This document shows, in pieces, positions 43,293-55,498 of a DNA stretch of 64,000 nucleotides. Positions within the stretch are counted from its first letter, which is position 1. Every line of letters starts with the position of its first letter. The position numbers were made by a program, and so were the translations under genes. The stretch spans positions 351,653 to 415,652 of the forward strand of contig NMRA01000374.1 in assembly GCA_002633005.1 (NCBI GenBank). The letters run 5' to 3'. This DNA comes from Phoronis australis. Its lineage: Eukaryota > Animalia > Phoronida. A model generated the notes under the pieces. The model did no database searches and was not told the DNA's origin. It saw only the letters and a list, made by a program, of their open reading frames with translations.

Positions 43293-45751
43293 TAGTGTAT
43301 ATTACAAAATTCTCCACATCGGATGATATCCAACCCAACCTGAGAGATAACCACACGGTCGTGAATTAGTTTTACCTTAAAAATTTGTCAACGAGATCAG
43401 GGGCGGGCCCAGGCTATAGTTATATGGGGGGGGGGCAGGGCAGAGTATTAGCAATGATTTTGCCCGTCAAGGCAGACGTTCGCACCCCCGAACTGCCAAA
43501 TGGGATCTGAGAGAGTTTAAGGGGGACCATGACCCCCTCTCTAAATCCGGCACTGGGCATTCTTCCGTCGCCCGTTTTTGCCGCCGTCGTTGTCCGAGTT
43601 ATACCAGCTATTTGGCGGCGAAGGCCTTAGGATTCCCTTACTCGGACAAAAACTTAAGGAAAATTCTGTGGAAGCAAGAAAAAACGAGACAGGACATAAG
43701 CCAAAAGAGTACGGGGTAAAAGAAGGCAAGCGAAAGTCAGTTAGATTAAAAGAGGACTCACGGGGTCAAATGTTCGCGCAACTGTCCAATAAAATAACAT
43801 GACATTACAGCGTTCTGTCGTTCAGTAACTTTTCCAGACGTGAGGTGTGCTGAACGTGTGATAACATCTAGCTCTTTTGTTAATTGCCCAGCACAGTCTT
43901 TTTTCCCGCCAAGCAGGCCAGTTATCCCCCAGGCTTCAAAGGAAACGTATGGTGGTTGCACGCTATTACCGAACGGGTATGAACACAATCAAACCCAGTG
44001 CGTTGGTAATCCGTTTGGACAGAATAGATTGTCTTAACTTCTGTTGTAGTTGGGCGATGTTGGTGATTCAAAAACGGAACATGATCAGCATTTGACGAGG
44101 AATTCAGAAATGCAATTGGTTTAAGCTCAGATATGTTATAACTTAACTTTCAATTTTCAGCCCAGCCCAGTCAGGCTAGATACGATCTGATCGGAGATTA
44201 GAGCAATTATCGAACAAAAGAGCGCAGGCCCTCCAACCATAAATGCCAGACTGGAGTTAATCAGTCGTGTAAGATATTTGCGACGGGGGTAAACTTCCCA
44301 ACTTGTTGGGCTATAGAATCGAACAAGTTGGAAGCAACGGGATGTCGCCGTCATGACATTTCACAAAAGTACCACAGCATCAAATTTCACTTCAAACAGG
44401 TGGGAATTAACCATATGAGTGACCGCCGGAATCCTGGCGCAAGGAAATTTGAGTTATTGGCGAGCTCCAGTCAGGTGATGACGGGCAATTTATTTTTTTT
44501 TCGTCCGAATAGTCCCACGATGATCATAAGAAATCGTATAAACGCCGAGTTTTAGAGATACATTGACATGTGTTCATAGATCAACGCCATTGCATTGTTA
44601 TTCGTACGACTGTGTTTGGTGAGAGCCTTTCCGGTTCCACCTCGTTGTGTTTTCGGCTGCGAATTAAACTCGTTAAATTTACAACTCTTTGTCTAGTTTA
44701 TCTGGCGTGATGGCAGCGACCGGACATGGCTACAACCCGAGCTCCAAAACAGTGGCCGCTCACTAAAAATGAGACCATTACTTCATTTGATTGTTGGAGG
44801 CAGAATTTATTATTCATCCTTTCATTGGACCCTCACTTTGCGCCATTTCTTGTCGACGGCGTTAGTTGGCTAAAAAAGACAGCCGCTGCTCCACTGCGTG
44901 GTCTGACCGACGACCCCGATGACACCCCAGAACCGTAGCGTGCTCACATGAAACTGGCTCATTTAGAGCTCATGCTAGGACAAATTGCCAATTTTTGTCC
45001 AGTCATATCCCGTAATTCTATCGTGAAGTCATCCACCTCTGTCCAGGACATTTGGCAGAAAATCCGCCAAAATTTCGGATTCGCTTCCACAGGAGCACAT
45101 TTCTTAGACCTGAGACTCATATCAGTAGATCCAAATGAACGTCCCGAAGATCTATTCCAGCGCCGCACTGCTTTTTTGAGGATAACTTACTCACCGTTGT
45201 GGTGTGGAATATCGCATCATGCCGAGGCTGTGGACATCGACGAAGACATGACTCCCTCCCTCGAAAATACTATTGTGTTCTTATGGTTACAGATGGTCAA
45301 CGCAGGTTTACCCCAACTTGTTAAGCAACGATATGGCGCGGAGTTGCGCAACAAGTCCCTTGCCTCCATCAAGACTGAAATTTCTCAAGCTATGAACTCG
45401 CTACTTGATCAGCTTACGTGCATCGAGGACTCTCACTCCATGCGCATAACCAGCTCGAAGACAAACCCCCGTAGAACCCCGTCGTGCGTCTTATGCACCA
45501 CCGCCCGCCGCACTCCCCCAGACCACTTCTTGTCTCGGTGCCCGTTCCTCCCACCTGACGACAAGCATGTCTTTCTCAAGGCCTGGTCCACCGACGTTGA
45601 CGAGGCCACCGAGGAGGACTTCGCTCAAGACACAATATCTTGCGAGCAGTTCTGCCCTGACTCCGCTGCCGCGCTTCGCGTCCACATAGTCCAGTCTCCT
45701 TACCTCGACACATTTGTTGGTCAAACCCTCGTGCGTGTGACATTTGATTGT

Positions 45752-46032
45752 CATAACGCTAAACCCTCGTGAGAGACCGCCCCGAGTTGGCTGCTGGAGC
45801 AACTCGGGGCGGTCTGGGATCAAGCGGAAAAACCACAGGGTAGATCTGTGGTCGACGAATCTATTCGGTCGATTACATTTTATTGCCCGTGAAGCCGCTA
45901 AGGGCTGCCTGAAGAAATATGACTCGCGCGTTTGTATTTTCGCCGTGATTGGACAAAGCCTTTTCAAATTAGCCGGTGGAGCGTGAGACCCCTGAGGTCC
46001 CAATCGAGTCCTCACGACAACTCCGCGTTATG
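45752..46032. mobile_element. 281-bp MITE with CATAACGC...GCGTTATG termini and 2-bp GT TSD (CACTA/EnSpm-like)
   Basis: Perfect 8-bp TIR with a further TCGTGAG match inside; GT at 45750-45751 and 46033-46034. Removing it restores the protease frame VTFDCGATGNMI. Confidence 0.85.
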
Positions 46033-48116
46033 GTGGTGCCACAGGAAACATGATTAGTGCATCGTGTGCACGTTCGTTGGGCGCGAAAAATCGTAAAAAT
46101 TCCCAAACCGCCTTCCAGGCCGATGGTACATCTACTCTACAGGTTGTGGGGAAACTCGACTTGTCTTCACACGTGACAAGCATTCCTTCGTTTTTCACGG
46201 TCTTGTTATCGAGTCTCTTGACGTAGACGTCTTGGCAGCAGCCCCATTTATGACTTATAACGACATTTCAGTACGACCTGCTCGTAAGGTTATCACATTG
46301 GTCGACGGATCTACATACACTTATGGCCAACCCGTAAACCAATACCCACAACCCACAGCACGACTGTGCCACGTATTACGTGCTCCACCTCACTCGACAG
46401 CCATCTGGCCTGGTGATTGTCTTGAGTTGGAGGCCCCGTCCGATTTCACCGATCCTGAAGAACATCTTGCAATCGAACCTCGCTGCGACAGCATTAGCCT
46501 CCGCTCCACGGGTGTTTCCCAGCTATAGCCACAACCCACCATTCTTGCTCCGACTAATGGCAAAATTCGCCTGTTCAACAAAACCGATGAACCGCGATTT
46601 TTGCGACGAGATGAGCAGTTTTGCCAGGTACACGCCGTGTTCACTAATTCAGAGGTTCCATCTGGATCCCCGTCAGCCGCCCAATGTATCTCATCCCCCA
46701 AAACTACCTTGGATCATAATCGCTTTGTTGTCGTTGATCCCGACAATATTCTGCAAGCTGCAGATCGGGACAGGTTCCACGCCCTACATCAAGAATTTGC
46801 TCATGTATTTGATCCGCAATACCTCGTTTCTAGTCAAGAAGCCCCACGAGGTTTTCGTTTAGTTACAGAATTTTCAGACGTCGGCCGGTACGCCAAGCCC
46901 CAACCATCTCACATGCCTGACGTAGATTACGTGCTTCGGAAGATTGCTCAATGGAAGTTCATCATCAAGACTGATCTTACGAGTGCCTTCTATCAAATTC
47001 CTTTGTCCCGAAAGTCCATGAAATATTGTGAAGTATTCACACCTTTCCGAGTTATCCGTGTCTACGCACGTTGCGCCATGGGTATGCCCGGTTCGGAAAC
47101 CGCTTTAAAAGAGTTGACATGTCGTGTATTGGGAGAGCTTTTGGAAGAAGGAGCCGTGACCAAGCTCGCTGACGACCTATACTGTGGTGGTCAGACTATC
47201 ACAGAGTTGATTACCAACTGGAAAAGGGTGCTATATACATTGTCTACGGCGGATCTCCGTCTACTACAAAGACAGTCATAGCCCCACGACGCACAGAAGT
47301 CCTCGGCTGGATTTGGGAGATGGGTACTTTACAAGCTATCTCACATCGGATAGCTGCTCTCTCGTCTTGTCCCAAACCTGGTACTGTTCGGCAAAAGAGA
47401 TCCTTCATCGGAGCCGTGAAAGCTATGTCGAGAGTCCTGCCTTACTGTGCTTCTTTCATCGCCCCACTGGACTCTGCTATATCGGGATGCGATTCCAAAG
47501 GCCGCATTACCTGGACCGATGAGTTACATGTTGCCTTCACATCAGCCCAAAAGGCATTGTCCACGTATAAAACTATCACTATACCCAGACCGGACGATCA
47601 GCTGTGGATAGTCACGGATGCCTCCGCCAAACACCCGGGCATCGCTGGTACACTGTATCTCTCTCGTGAGGACACGCCACGTGTTTGCGGCTTCTTCAGT
47701 GCGAAACTGAAATCACGTCAAGTTACTTGGATCCTATGCGAAATTGAAGCTCTCGCCATTGCTGCTTCCGTGAAACATTTTAGCCCTTATCTTATTCAGT
47801 CAGCGCATCCTGCTATCATACTTACTGACAGCAAGCCTTGTGTACAAGCTTTCGAGAAACTCTGCAGGGGCGAATTCTCAGTCAGTCCTCGCGTGTTGAC
47901 GTTTCTCTCCACCGTTTCTCGCTATCAGGCTATCGTTCGTCACGTATTTGGTGCCACTAACATCGTCTCCGACTTTGCGAGTTGCCACAGCCCGGAGTGC
48001 ACCGACGCTTCTTGCCAAGTGTGCCTTTTCGTGAACACTCTGGAAGATTGTGTGGTGCTCCATGCGACTGCTGCCGAGGTCCTTCAGGGAGAACACAAGC
48101 TTCCGTTCACCACCAG

Positions 48117-51100
48117 TGTGGTGTATGTGGTAATACCAGCTACCAACATATATGATCAATAAATGAAGAAAACCGAGCCAATGTCAAATACCAAAAAACA
48201 ACTTTATCAGCCATCAACTTCAACATGCCATCTAGGCGACTACCGTAACAATTACACAAAACTCTGATCTGAAGATATCGAGTCCGACTCTTAAGGAGTT
48301 GTTGATCGAGTTATACTAAAGAGTCCAAATGTCTCATTTCCTCCCTTTTTAAGTTTGAGAGTAATGTCAGTAAAAATTCAATAAAACTTTAACACATGTT
48401 TAACTAACAAACAAATCATTCAGAACGCATTGATAACAAAGGGTAGACTACCTTTGTTATTTCCTAATAAAGGTATCTGGAGATTATTCTGCCCCACACA
48501 AACACTTAATCACAGATCCAACTTCTGAGGGGGTTTCACTACACGGGAGGATCTTCGCAGTGCTTTTTCACTTGGTGGCAGCTGCGGTGAGCGTGGCGGT
48601 TCGGTTAATTGCTAACCAACTTCGGGTTTCGAAGACGAAGATTCCACACCAGGACTGGTGTCAATAGTGGATACATGTAGCTCTGTAGTTGAGCCAATAG
48701 TATCTACAGTAGGACTAGGATGGGTGTCCTGAATCTCATCATCCATACCAGGATTGGCACGGAGACGGATGTGATCCATGTGACGATGAACCACACGATT
48801 GTCCAACAACTGGATCTTATAAGACAGAGGACCAGTCTGCGATGATTTCTACGGATAACCAGACTGCACCACGACCGAAGTTACGAACACTAACAGTGTC
48901 TCCAACCTCCACGGATCTGCTTCTGACATGGTTGTCATGGGAACTCTCGACTGTTCCCGCAGTACTTTTGACGAAGTTTCTGGTCGCATGAGATCCAACG
49001 TAGAGCGTATCCTACGTTTAAACATCATCAGATCTGCTGGGGTACTCCCTGTTGTACTCTGCGGAGTAGTCCTGTATCGAGCCAGAAAACGATACATCTT
49101 GTTTTCGAGACTACCACCATCCATTTTTTTGATACCATTCTTCAGAGTCTGGACAGCTCTTTCTGCGAGTCCATTCGAAGAGGGGTGGTAGGGGCTTGAG
49201 AAGATGTGATGAATACCATTGGTGTTGGTAAATTCTCGGAATTCCGCACTAGCAAAACAACTTCCGTTGTCGGTAACAATTGATCTTGGCAGTCCATGGG
49301 TAGCGAACAATTGTAGCAATCTGTCAATTGTCGCACCAGATGTGGTTGTCGTCATAACGGCACCATCTATCCACTTGGAGTGGGCGTCAATAACAATCAG
49401 AATCCACTTTCCATTCAGTGGTCCTGCGTAGTCGATATGTAACCGATCCCATGGATTGGGAGGCCACTCCCACGGATGTAGAGGAGACTTTGGTGGTGGT
49501 TTGGCTGCGGCCTGACAGGTAGAGCACTCCTTCACCTGTGCTTCAATGTCATCATCTAGATGTGGCCACCACACAAAACTTCTTGCGAGAGCTTTCATCT
49601 TGACAATGTGTAGCACGAAGCTCTGCCCCATGACACACACCCAGCTTCGGTGCTCAGCTCATCTCTTCTGCTGTAAAATGGCATGATTTCTGGACCAATA
49701 TCAGCACCATTGATCCAGCCAGACTGTGTCATGGTATAGACTTTCGAGATAACAGGGTCGCGCTGAGTCCATAACTTCACCTGAGCGGCAGAAACAGATG
49801 TCTTAGAAAACATGTGGTCCATCAACAGTACAACATCACCAGGAGTAGGGACAGCGATGTCAGGAGATTTTAGAGGTAGACGGCTCATGGCGTCTGCATT
49901 ACCATTGTCTTTGGCGGCTCAGTAACGGATGGCATAGTCGTAAGCTGCGAGTGTGAGCGACCTGTGCTGGACTCTAGGCGATGCCATTTGTGGAACAGTT
50001 CTGTTTTCACAGAACAGGCCCAGCAGTGGTTTGTGATCGGTCAGAATTTTGAATTTTCTGCCATAGAGGTACTGGTGAAAATGCTCGACTCCAAAGATAA
50101 CTCCCAGACCTTCTTTGTCCAACTGTGAATACTTCACTTCTGCTGGTGCCAGAGTGCGTGATGCAAAACCAACTGGATGTTCTTTACCATCATCCATTAT
50201 CTGCGACAGTACTGTCCCAACGCCATATGGGGACGCATCACACGCTAGGGTAAGTTCTCTGGCAGGGTCAAAATGCACTAACACTGGTGATGACTTGAGG
50301 AGTTCCTTGGACTTACGAAAAGCCTCGTCCTGAGCATGGCCCCAACGGAAATGTACGTCTTTCCTTGTCAGGTAATGTAATGGAACCAGCAGTGATGACA
50401 AATTTGGTAAGAATTTGCCATAGTATTTCAGAAGACCTAGGTATGATCTTAGTTCTTGCAGACAGGTAGGTGCAGGTGTCTCCACAATGGCTTTGACCTT
50501 GTCTTCTACCGGATGAAGTCCAGTTGAGTCGATTTTGTGTCCCAGGTAAGACACCGATGGTACCAGGAAAGTACACTTTTCCTTCCTAAGTTTGACTCCA
50601 GCCTTCTCCAGACGTTGGAGAACCAAATCTAAGGCTGTCAGATGTTCCTACTCAGATGATCCTGTCACTAGAATGTCATCCAGATTACAACAGACACCTG
50701 GAATGTCTGACAATAAATTGTCAACAATCCTCTGAAAAATCCCAGGGGCTGATGAAATTCCAAACGGCAGTCTTGTGTATTGGTATAAGCCTCGTTGTGT
50801 ATTGATGGTTGTGTATTTGCGTAAGGACTCATCCAGTACAACTTGCAGGTACGCGTTGCTCTGATCTATTTTTGTGAACGCTTTCCCTCCTGCTAAACGA
50901 GAGTACAGATCCTCCACCTTGGGGATTGGATAAGTGTCGGTATGCGTGATTGCATTTACCGTGCTCCTAAAATCTCCACAAATTCTGACTTGCTTTCCAT
51001 CATGTTTGACCACAGGCACGATTGGTGTTGCCCATTCTGAATGTTGTACGCGTTCAATAATACGTTCTCTCTCGAGCCGATCCAGCTCTTTTGCTACTTT

Positions 51101-52459
51101 ATCTCGAACTGCGTACGGTACTGGTCTGGCTTTCAGAAAACGTGGTACAACGTCCGGTTTGACATGCAGATTCGCTTTGACGTTCTTGATACAACCAAGT
51201 TCATTGGCGAACAAAGCGCTGTGTTTCTGAAGTAAATCTTTCACACCAGGAGTTTTCGCCACATGAACATCATGAATCTTTCGCCAGTTCAGTTTGATTT
51301 TGTTCATCCAATTTCGGCCAAACAAACTTGGGCCGTCGCCTGTAGCAACGAGATGCGGGAGGGTATAACGGTTACCACCATATGCGACTGTTATCTCACC
51401 CTGACCTTTCACAGGTACAATTTCACCTGTGTAGGTTGACAAAGAGTCACTGACCGGAACTTGTTTTGGTTTTAGTTCATCATAGTTCGGCCATAAAGTT
51501 TTGAATGTGTTCTCACTGATCACAGTCGACGCTGCGCCGGTATCAATTTCCATTGTAACTTTCTGACCATTTAGACTGACGTCCACTGTGAATGGCGGAG
51601 TGTGTGATGTACCGTCGCTGACCTTGTACAACGTGTGCACCGAAGCACTGTCGTCACATGTACCACCAGTAGCTTGTGCCTCTTCTTCGTGCAGATGGTA
51701 AGTTTTGTGATCACTTTTCTGTGGCTGACCGCGAGCTTGTTTATTTCCTTTGGTCCGGCATGTACGAATGATGTGGCCCCTTTTCTTGTAGTAATGACAA
51801 GTGGCATTGCGAAACGGACAGTCCTGCTGACTGTGGTTACCGTGGCAACGATATCAGTTACCCTTGTCAGGAGGATTCTTACTCTGACTGGAATTGAATG
51901 GCGGTTGGTTGTGAGTTTTCTTGGTCTTGTCCATCTTGTAGTGATGTTTAACGTGATGCACGGCTGCTTTAGTATCACCACCACATTCTTGAATGTTCTT
52001 GGTCGCGGCTTCCAGTGATTGTGCTGTTTTAAGTGCTGTGGCGTACGAAAAGTCATTTTTTTGACTGAGTTCCATCAAACGTTTCTTGACATGTGCATCT
52101 CGCACGCCAACCGCGATACGATCACGGAGCATGTTCTCCAGCTGATTTCCAAAATCACAGTCTTTTGCAATCGATTTAAGTTCAGCAACATAGTCTGATA
52201 TGCTCTGGTTAGCAGATTGCGAGCACGAGTTGAACGCAAAACGTTGTGAGCATGATGACGGCTTCGGGTGGTAATGATCTTTCAATACTTTGGTCAGTGC
52301 ATCAAATGTTTTGTCTGTGAGGGCATCAGGTGACACTAAATTTGTCAAAATTTTAAATGTGTCTGTACCACAGGAACTCAGGAGAATGGCCCTATTCTTG
52401 GCATCATCTGTGACGTCATTCGCGATGAAATAAAATTTCAACCGCTCAATATAAGCTGT
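48117..52459 (-). mobile_element. Gypsy (Mag-type, K02A2.6-like) LTR retrotransposon, decayed, 5' end lost in an N-gap
   Basis: 3' LTR 48117-48336 (TG...CA) with PPT AAAAAGGGAGGAAA adjacent at 48337-48350. gag (YIERLKFYFIAND..LLSSCG, CCHC knuckles), protease MEIDTGAASTVI, RT (WATPIVPV..ICGDFR..RLPFGISSAPGIFQR..NLDDILV), RNase H (LACDASPYGVG, LTDHKPL) and integrase (RLHIDYAGP, VTDNG, NGLAERAVQT). Several stops and frameshifts. Confidence 0.93.
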
Positions 52460-55400
52460 NNNNNNNNNNNNNNNNNNNNNNNNNNNNNNNNNNNNNNNNN
52501 NNNNNNNNNNNNNNNNNNNNNNNNNNNNNNNNNNNNNNNNNNNNNNNNNNNNNNNNNNNNNNNNNNNNNNNNNNNNNNNNNNNNNNNNNNNNNNNNNNNN
52601 NNNNNNNNNNNNNNNNNNNNNNNNNNNNCAGAGTACCTCTGATACACCTGCGACCGTTGGGACGTCGTTTGCAGCTGACGTCATGAAGCGCGAGCGACAG
52701 CTGATTTTGGTACTCCGAGAGTGCGTCTCGTCTTACACAGCTGCTTGTATCATTGCTTCTGAACGCCACGAGGACCTTCGAAATGGTCTTCTCCAAATGT
52801 GTCTCGAACTGCACTCGTTAGACGGCCCTCGTGCAGTTATCCGTACAGATCCGGCTTCAGGTTTCCAGGCTCTTCAAAAGGACAAACTCCTAGAACATCA
52901 TTGCATTTCAATTGAGATCGGACGCATCAAGAATCTCAACCATAATCCTGTCGCAGAGAAGGCCATACAGGAGTTGTCACACGAGTTACTGCGTGATTAG
53001 CATGGAGCCGGCAATGTCAGATCCTTACAGCTGGTCGTAGCTGTTGCTCGATTGAACAGCCGCCTCTCCACCGGATTGTCTGCCAGAGAGATGTGGTTTC
53101 AGCGCGACCAGTTCACCAATTGCCAAATACCAGTTCATGACAACTTGTTGATCTCTTCCCAACGACAACGGCGCTCTATCAACCATGGACCCAGTGCACG
53201 ATCCAAGGCTCCTTTGGCCAACCAGGAAGTAGAATGCGACGCATCCATCGGCGATATCGTTTACCTCTACTCTGATAGGGAAAAGACCAGAGCCCGTCCA
53301 CGACACCTCGTGGTTGCCTCCGATGGCGTGTGGTTGAGTGTTCGTAAATTTTTTGGAGATCAGTTACGTAATGCTTCTTACCGTGTCAAACCCAGCGAGT
53401 GTTACCGTGTTCCGTCAGAGATTACTGACATTCCAGCTGCATCACCTGACACTGCCCCTTGTGGCCACGATGACGACGACGAGTTCCCACCGTCTTCCGC
53501 AGTTCCAGTATCCGTTTCATCACTGCCCTCGTCCTGCAATCCACCTTCATGGTGCAACAACGGTGTACTACTTTCACGTGGCCCACGTGCCGCCCCAGCT
53601 GTGCCATCCACCATCATTCCTCCCCCTGATGTATCCTGCCAGCTTGGTTCTACGACAACGCCTGCTGTTGTATCCCCCGTCTTCCCTGCTCATCGAGAGG
53701 CCCAGCGAAGTTCGCAACGGCTGCGCCACAAACCTCATTGGAAAACGGACGATTGGCTTTATGACTGATTTTGGCTACTTTGTTAACGCCATAGTAACTT
53801 ATTAGCACTGCGTTTACTATTTTTGTTTTCTACTACCCGTTCTTAGTGTAAGTTTACCTCATTTTCTGTGACAGAAGAGGCAACGACAGCTGACTTACTA
53901 AGGTGCGTTGCCGTAAGCCGCGACGAAGGATAATATGTCATATTTTATCACATCTGGCGGTTGCCGAGCATCATAGCAACGACCGGCCTGGTGAATCTTC
54001 GGCCAGCCAGGCTGTGTTTTTATGACTACGGGTTGATCGAAACAGATGCATTTTTCTTGCCAAAAGGACAGGGCCGGCCTCAGTACCTAGATTTTGGGGC
54101 CGAATGTCGGCCGTATTCCCCTCTCAAAAATATTGACAAATCACGCGAAATTTCCCCCACGAGGCCCAATTAAAATTCCCCGGCTAGTGATCGAAAATTT
54201 CTCTCCAAAGTTCAAATCAACCGGTTGTAAACACACAGGTGACAATTTGAAAAAGCACAAATATCTAACAAATGTTCAGTAATTTTAGCTCAGTAAAGTA
54301 TATATTTTCTGAAAGCAGAAAACCAGTTATTAAATTTACGAGTTTTACCCAATCTTCTCAGTATTAATTGATTGGGTCATGTGATTTAGTATTAAAAAGG
54401 AATGGTTTATTCATTACCAAACGGGTTCGGTTAAACATAAACGTTCAACATAAAATCCGGCCCCCAAACAACGGTACAGTCTTCTGGATGATTATTTCAT
54501 TTTAATTTTACGCAACTTTTATTTTTTCAGTGATAAAATGAAAAAGTGAAAGGAACCTGTTGATGTGCTAGCAGTGAAAGGCATTCTGTTCGGTAAGGAA
54601 CGTTGAATGCGCGACGCAGTGCAAGAAGGCGGTCCAAGGATAATGCTATTCTGATGGAGGATAATATAGTTTTATTACATACTCTTCTACTGATACTACT
54701 GAGTCTGTTACAATCCATGTGATCATAAACTTATATAGTGACTTACATGAATCATAACAGGATATATACTGAACAAACATGTTTACTACAATTCCTCAAG
54801 TTGGGGGTGTATTACATAATATTCAATTCTCTGAACTATTCCTACACATGCACTCATCCTAAATCACCCCGATATGAGATCATACTCTAACAGAACCAAC
54901 TAAAGTAATTCAATATTTTGAACAGGTGGAGCTCATAGCGGACCCCAAAAGAAGGACTGGTGGAGTACTCAAAGCTTGAAACCACTGCCGGCGAAGTGCA
55001 AAGTATGCGAAAAATGAACTAAAAGCGACGTGTCCTGTACGTTTCCCACAAAATATTTCACTAAGTGGATAGTTGCAGCGTAAGAACTACCACTGACGGG
55101 CACTGGCGTCACTGATAAAGGCGTATCAAGCCACTGAGAAATCGACGCACTTCACCGTGGTAGATTAACTTGAAAACTGAGCAAATCTATATGCCCCCAA
55201 GCAACCTATATTATATGCCCCCCGGAGCAATCCCATAGCTTATCTTGCCGTCTCCGCGCCAGGACGGAGCGACCGGGTAAATCGACACTGACGGTCACTC
55301 AGGCACTGACACAGCTAGTCAGTCACGCACTGCCCGCCAACTGAATCGCACATATGGGGGGCGCGAAACCCGCAAGTCCGCGCCGGTGATCGGCGTCTTT

Positions 55401-55498
55401 CTACTTGGTTTCTACAACGGGGGCAACGTTCGGGATGTCATCAAGGGCTTTAACTGCGTGGGATCAATTTAGCCGTTCTCATGCTTCTTATAGACCTA

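Larger units (their letters stand above)
44555..53920 (+). mobile_element. Decayed Gypsy-like gag-pol retroelement, 'LADD-type' family (copy B), interrupted by a MITE, a Gypsy element and an N-gap
   Basis: gag ATG at 44726 ([28 protein letters not shown]..). Protease D-C-G-A-T-G-N is split at 45751/46035; RT reads KTDLTSAFYQIPL..MGMPGSETALKELTCRVLG..KLADDLYCGG; RNase H LWIVTDAS/EIEALAIAA/LTDSKPC; integrase 52630-53768 ([25 protein letters not shown]). Outer boundaries are approximate. Confidence 0.88.

Noticed and set aside
45491-46015. 174-aa minus-strand ORF and similar antisense ORFs within the retroelements
   Set aside because: These are shadow ORFs of GC-richer gag/pol sequence; this one also crosses the MITE boundary and has no recognisable motif.
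54925-55170. Possible hAT dimerisation-domain remnant (DWWS...)
   Set aside because: The resemblance is limited to a WW dipeptide, with several stops and no SERxFS motif.
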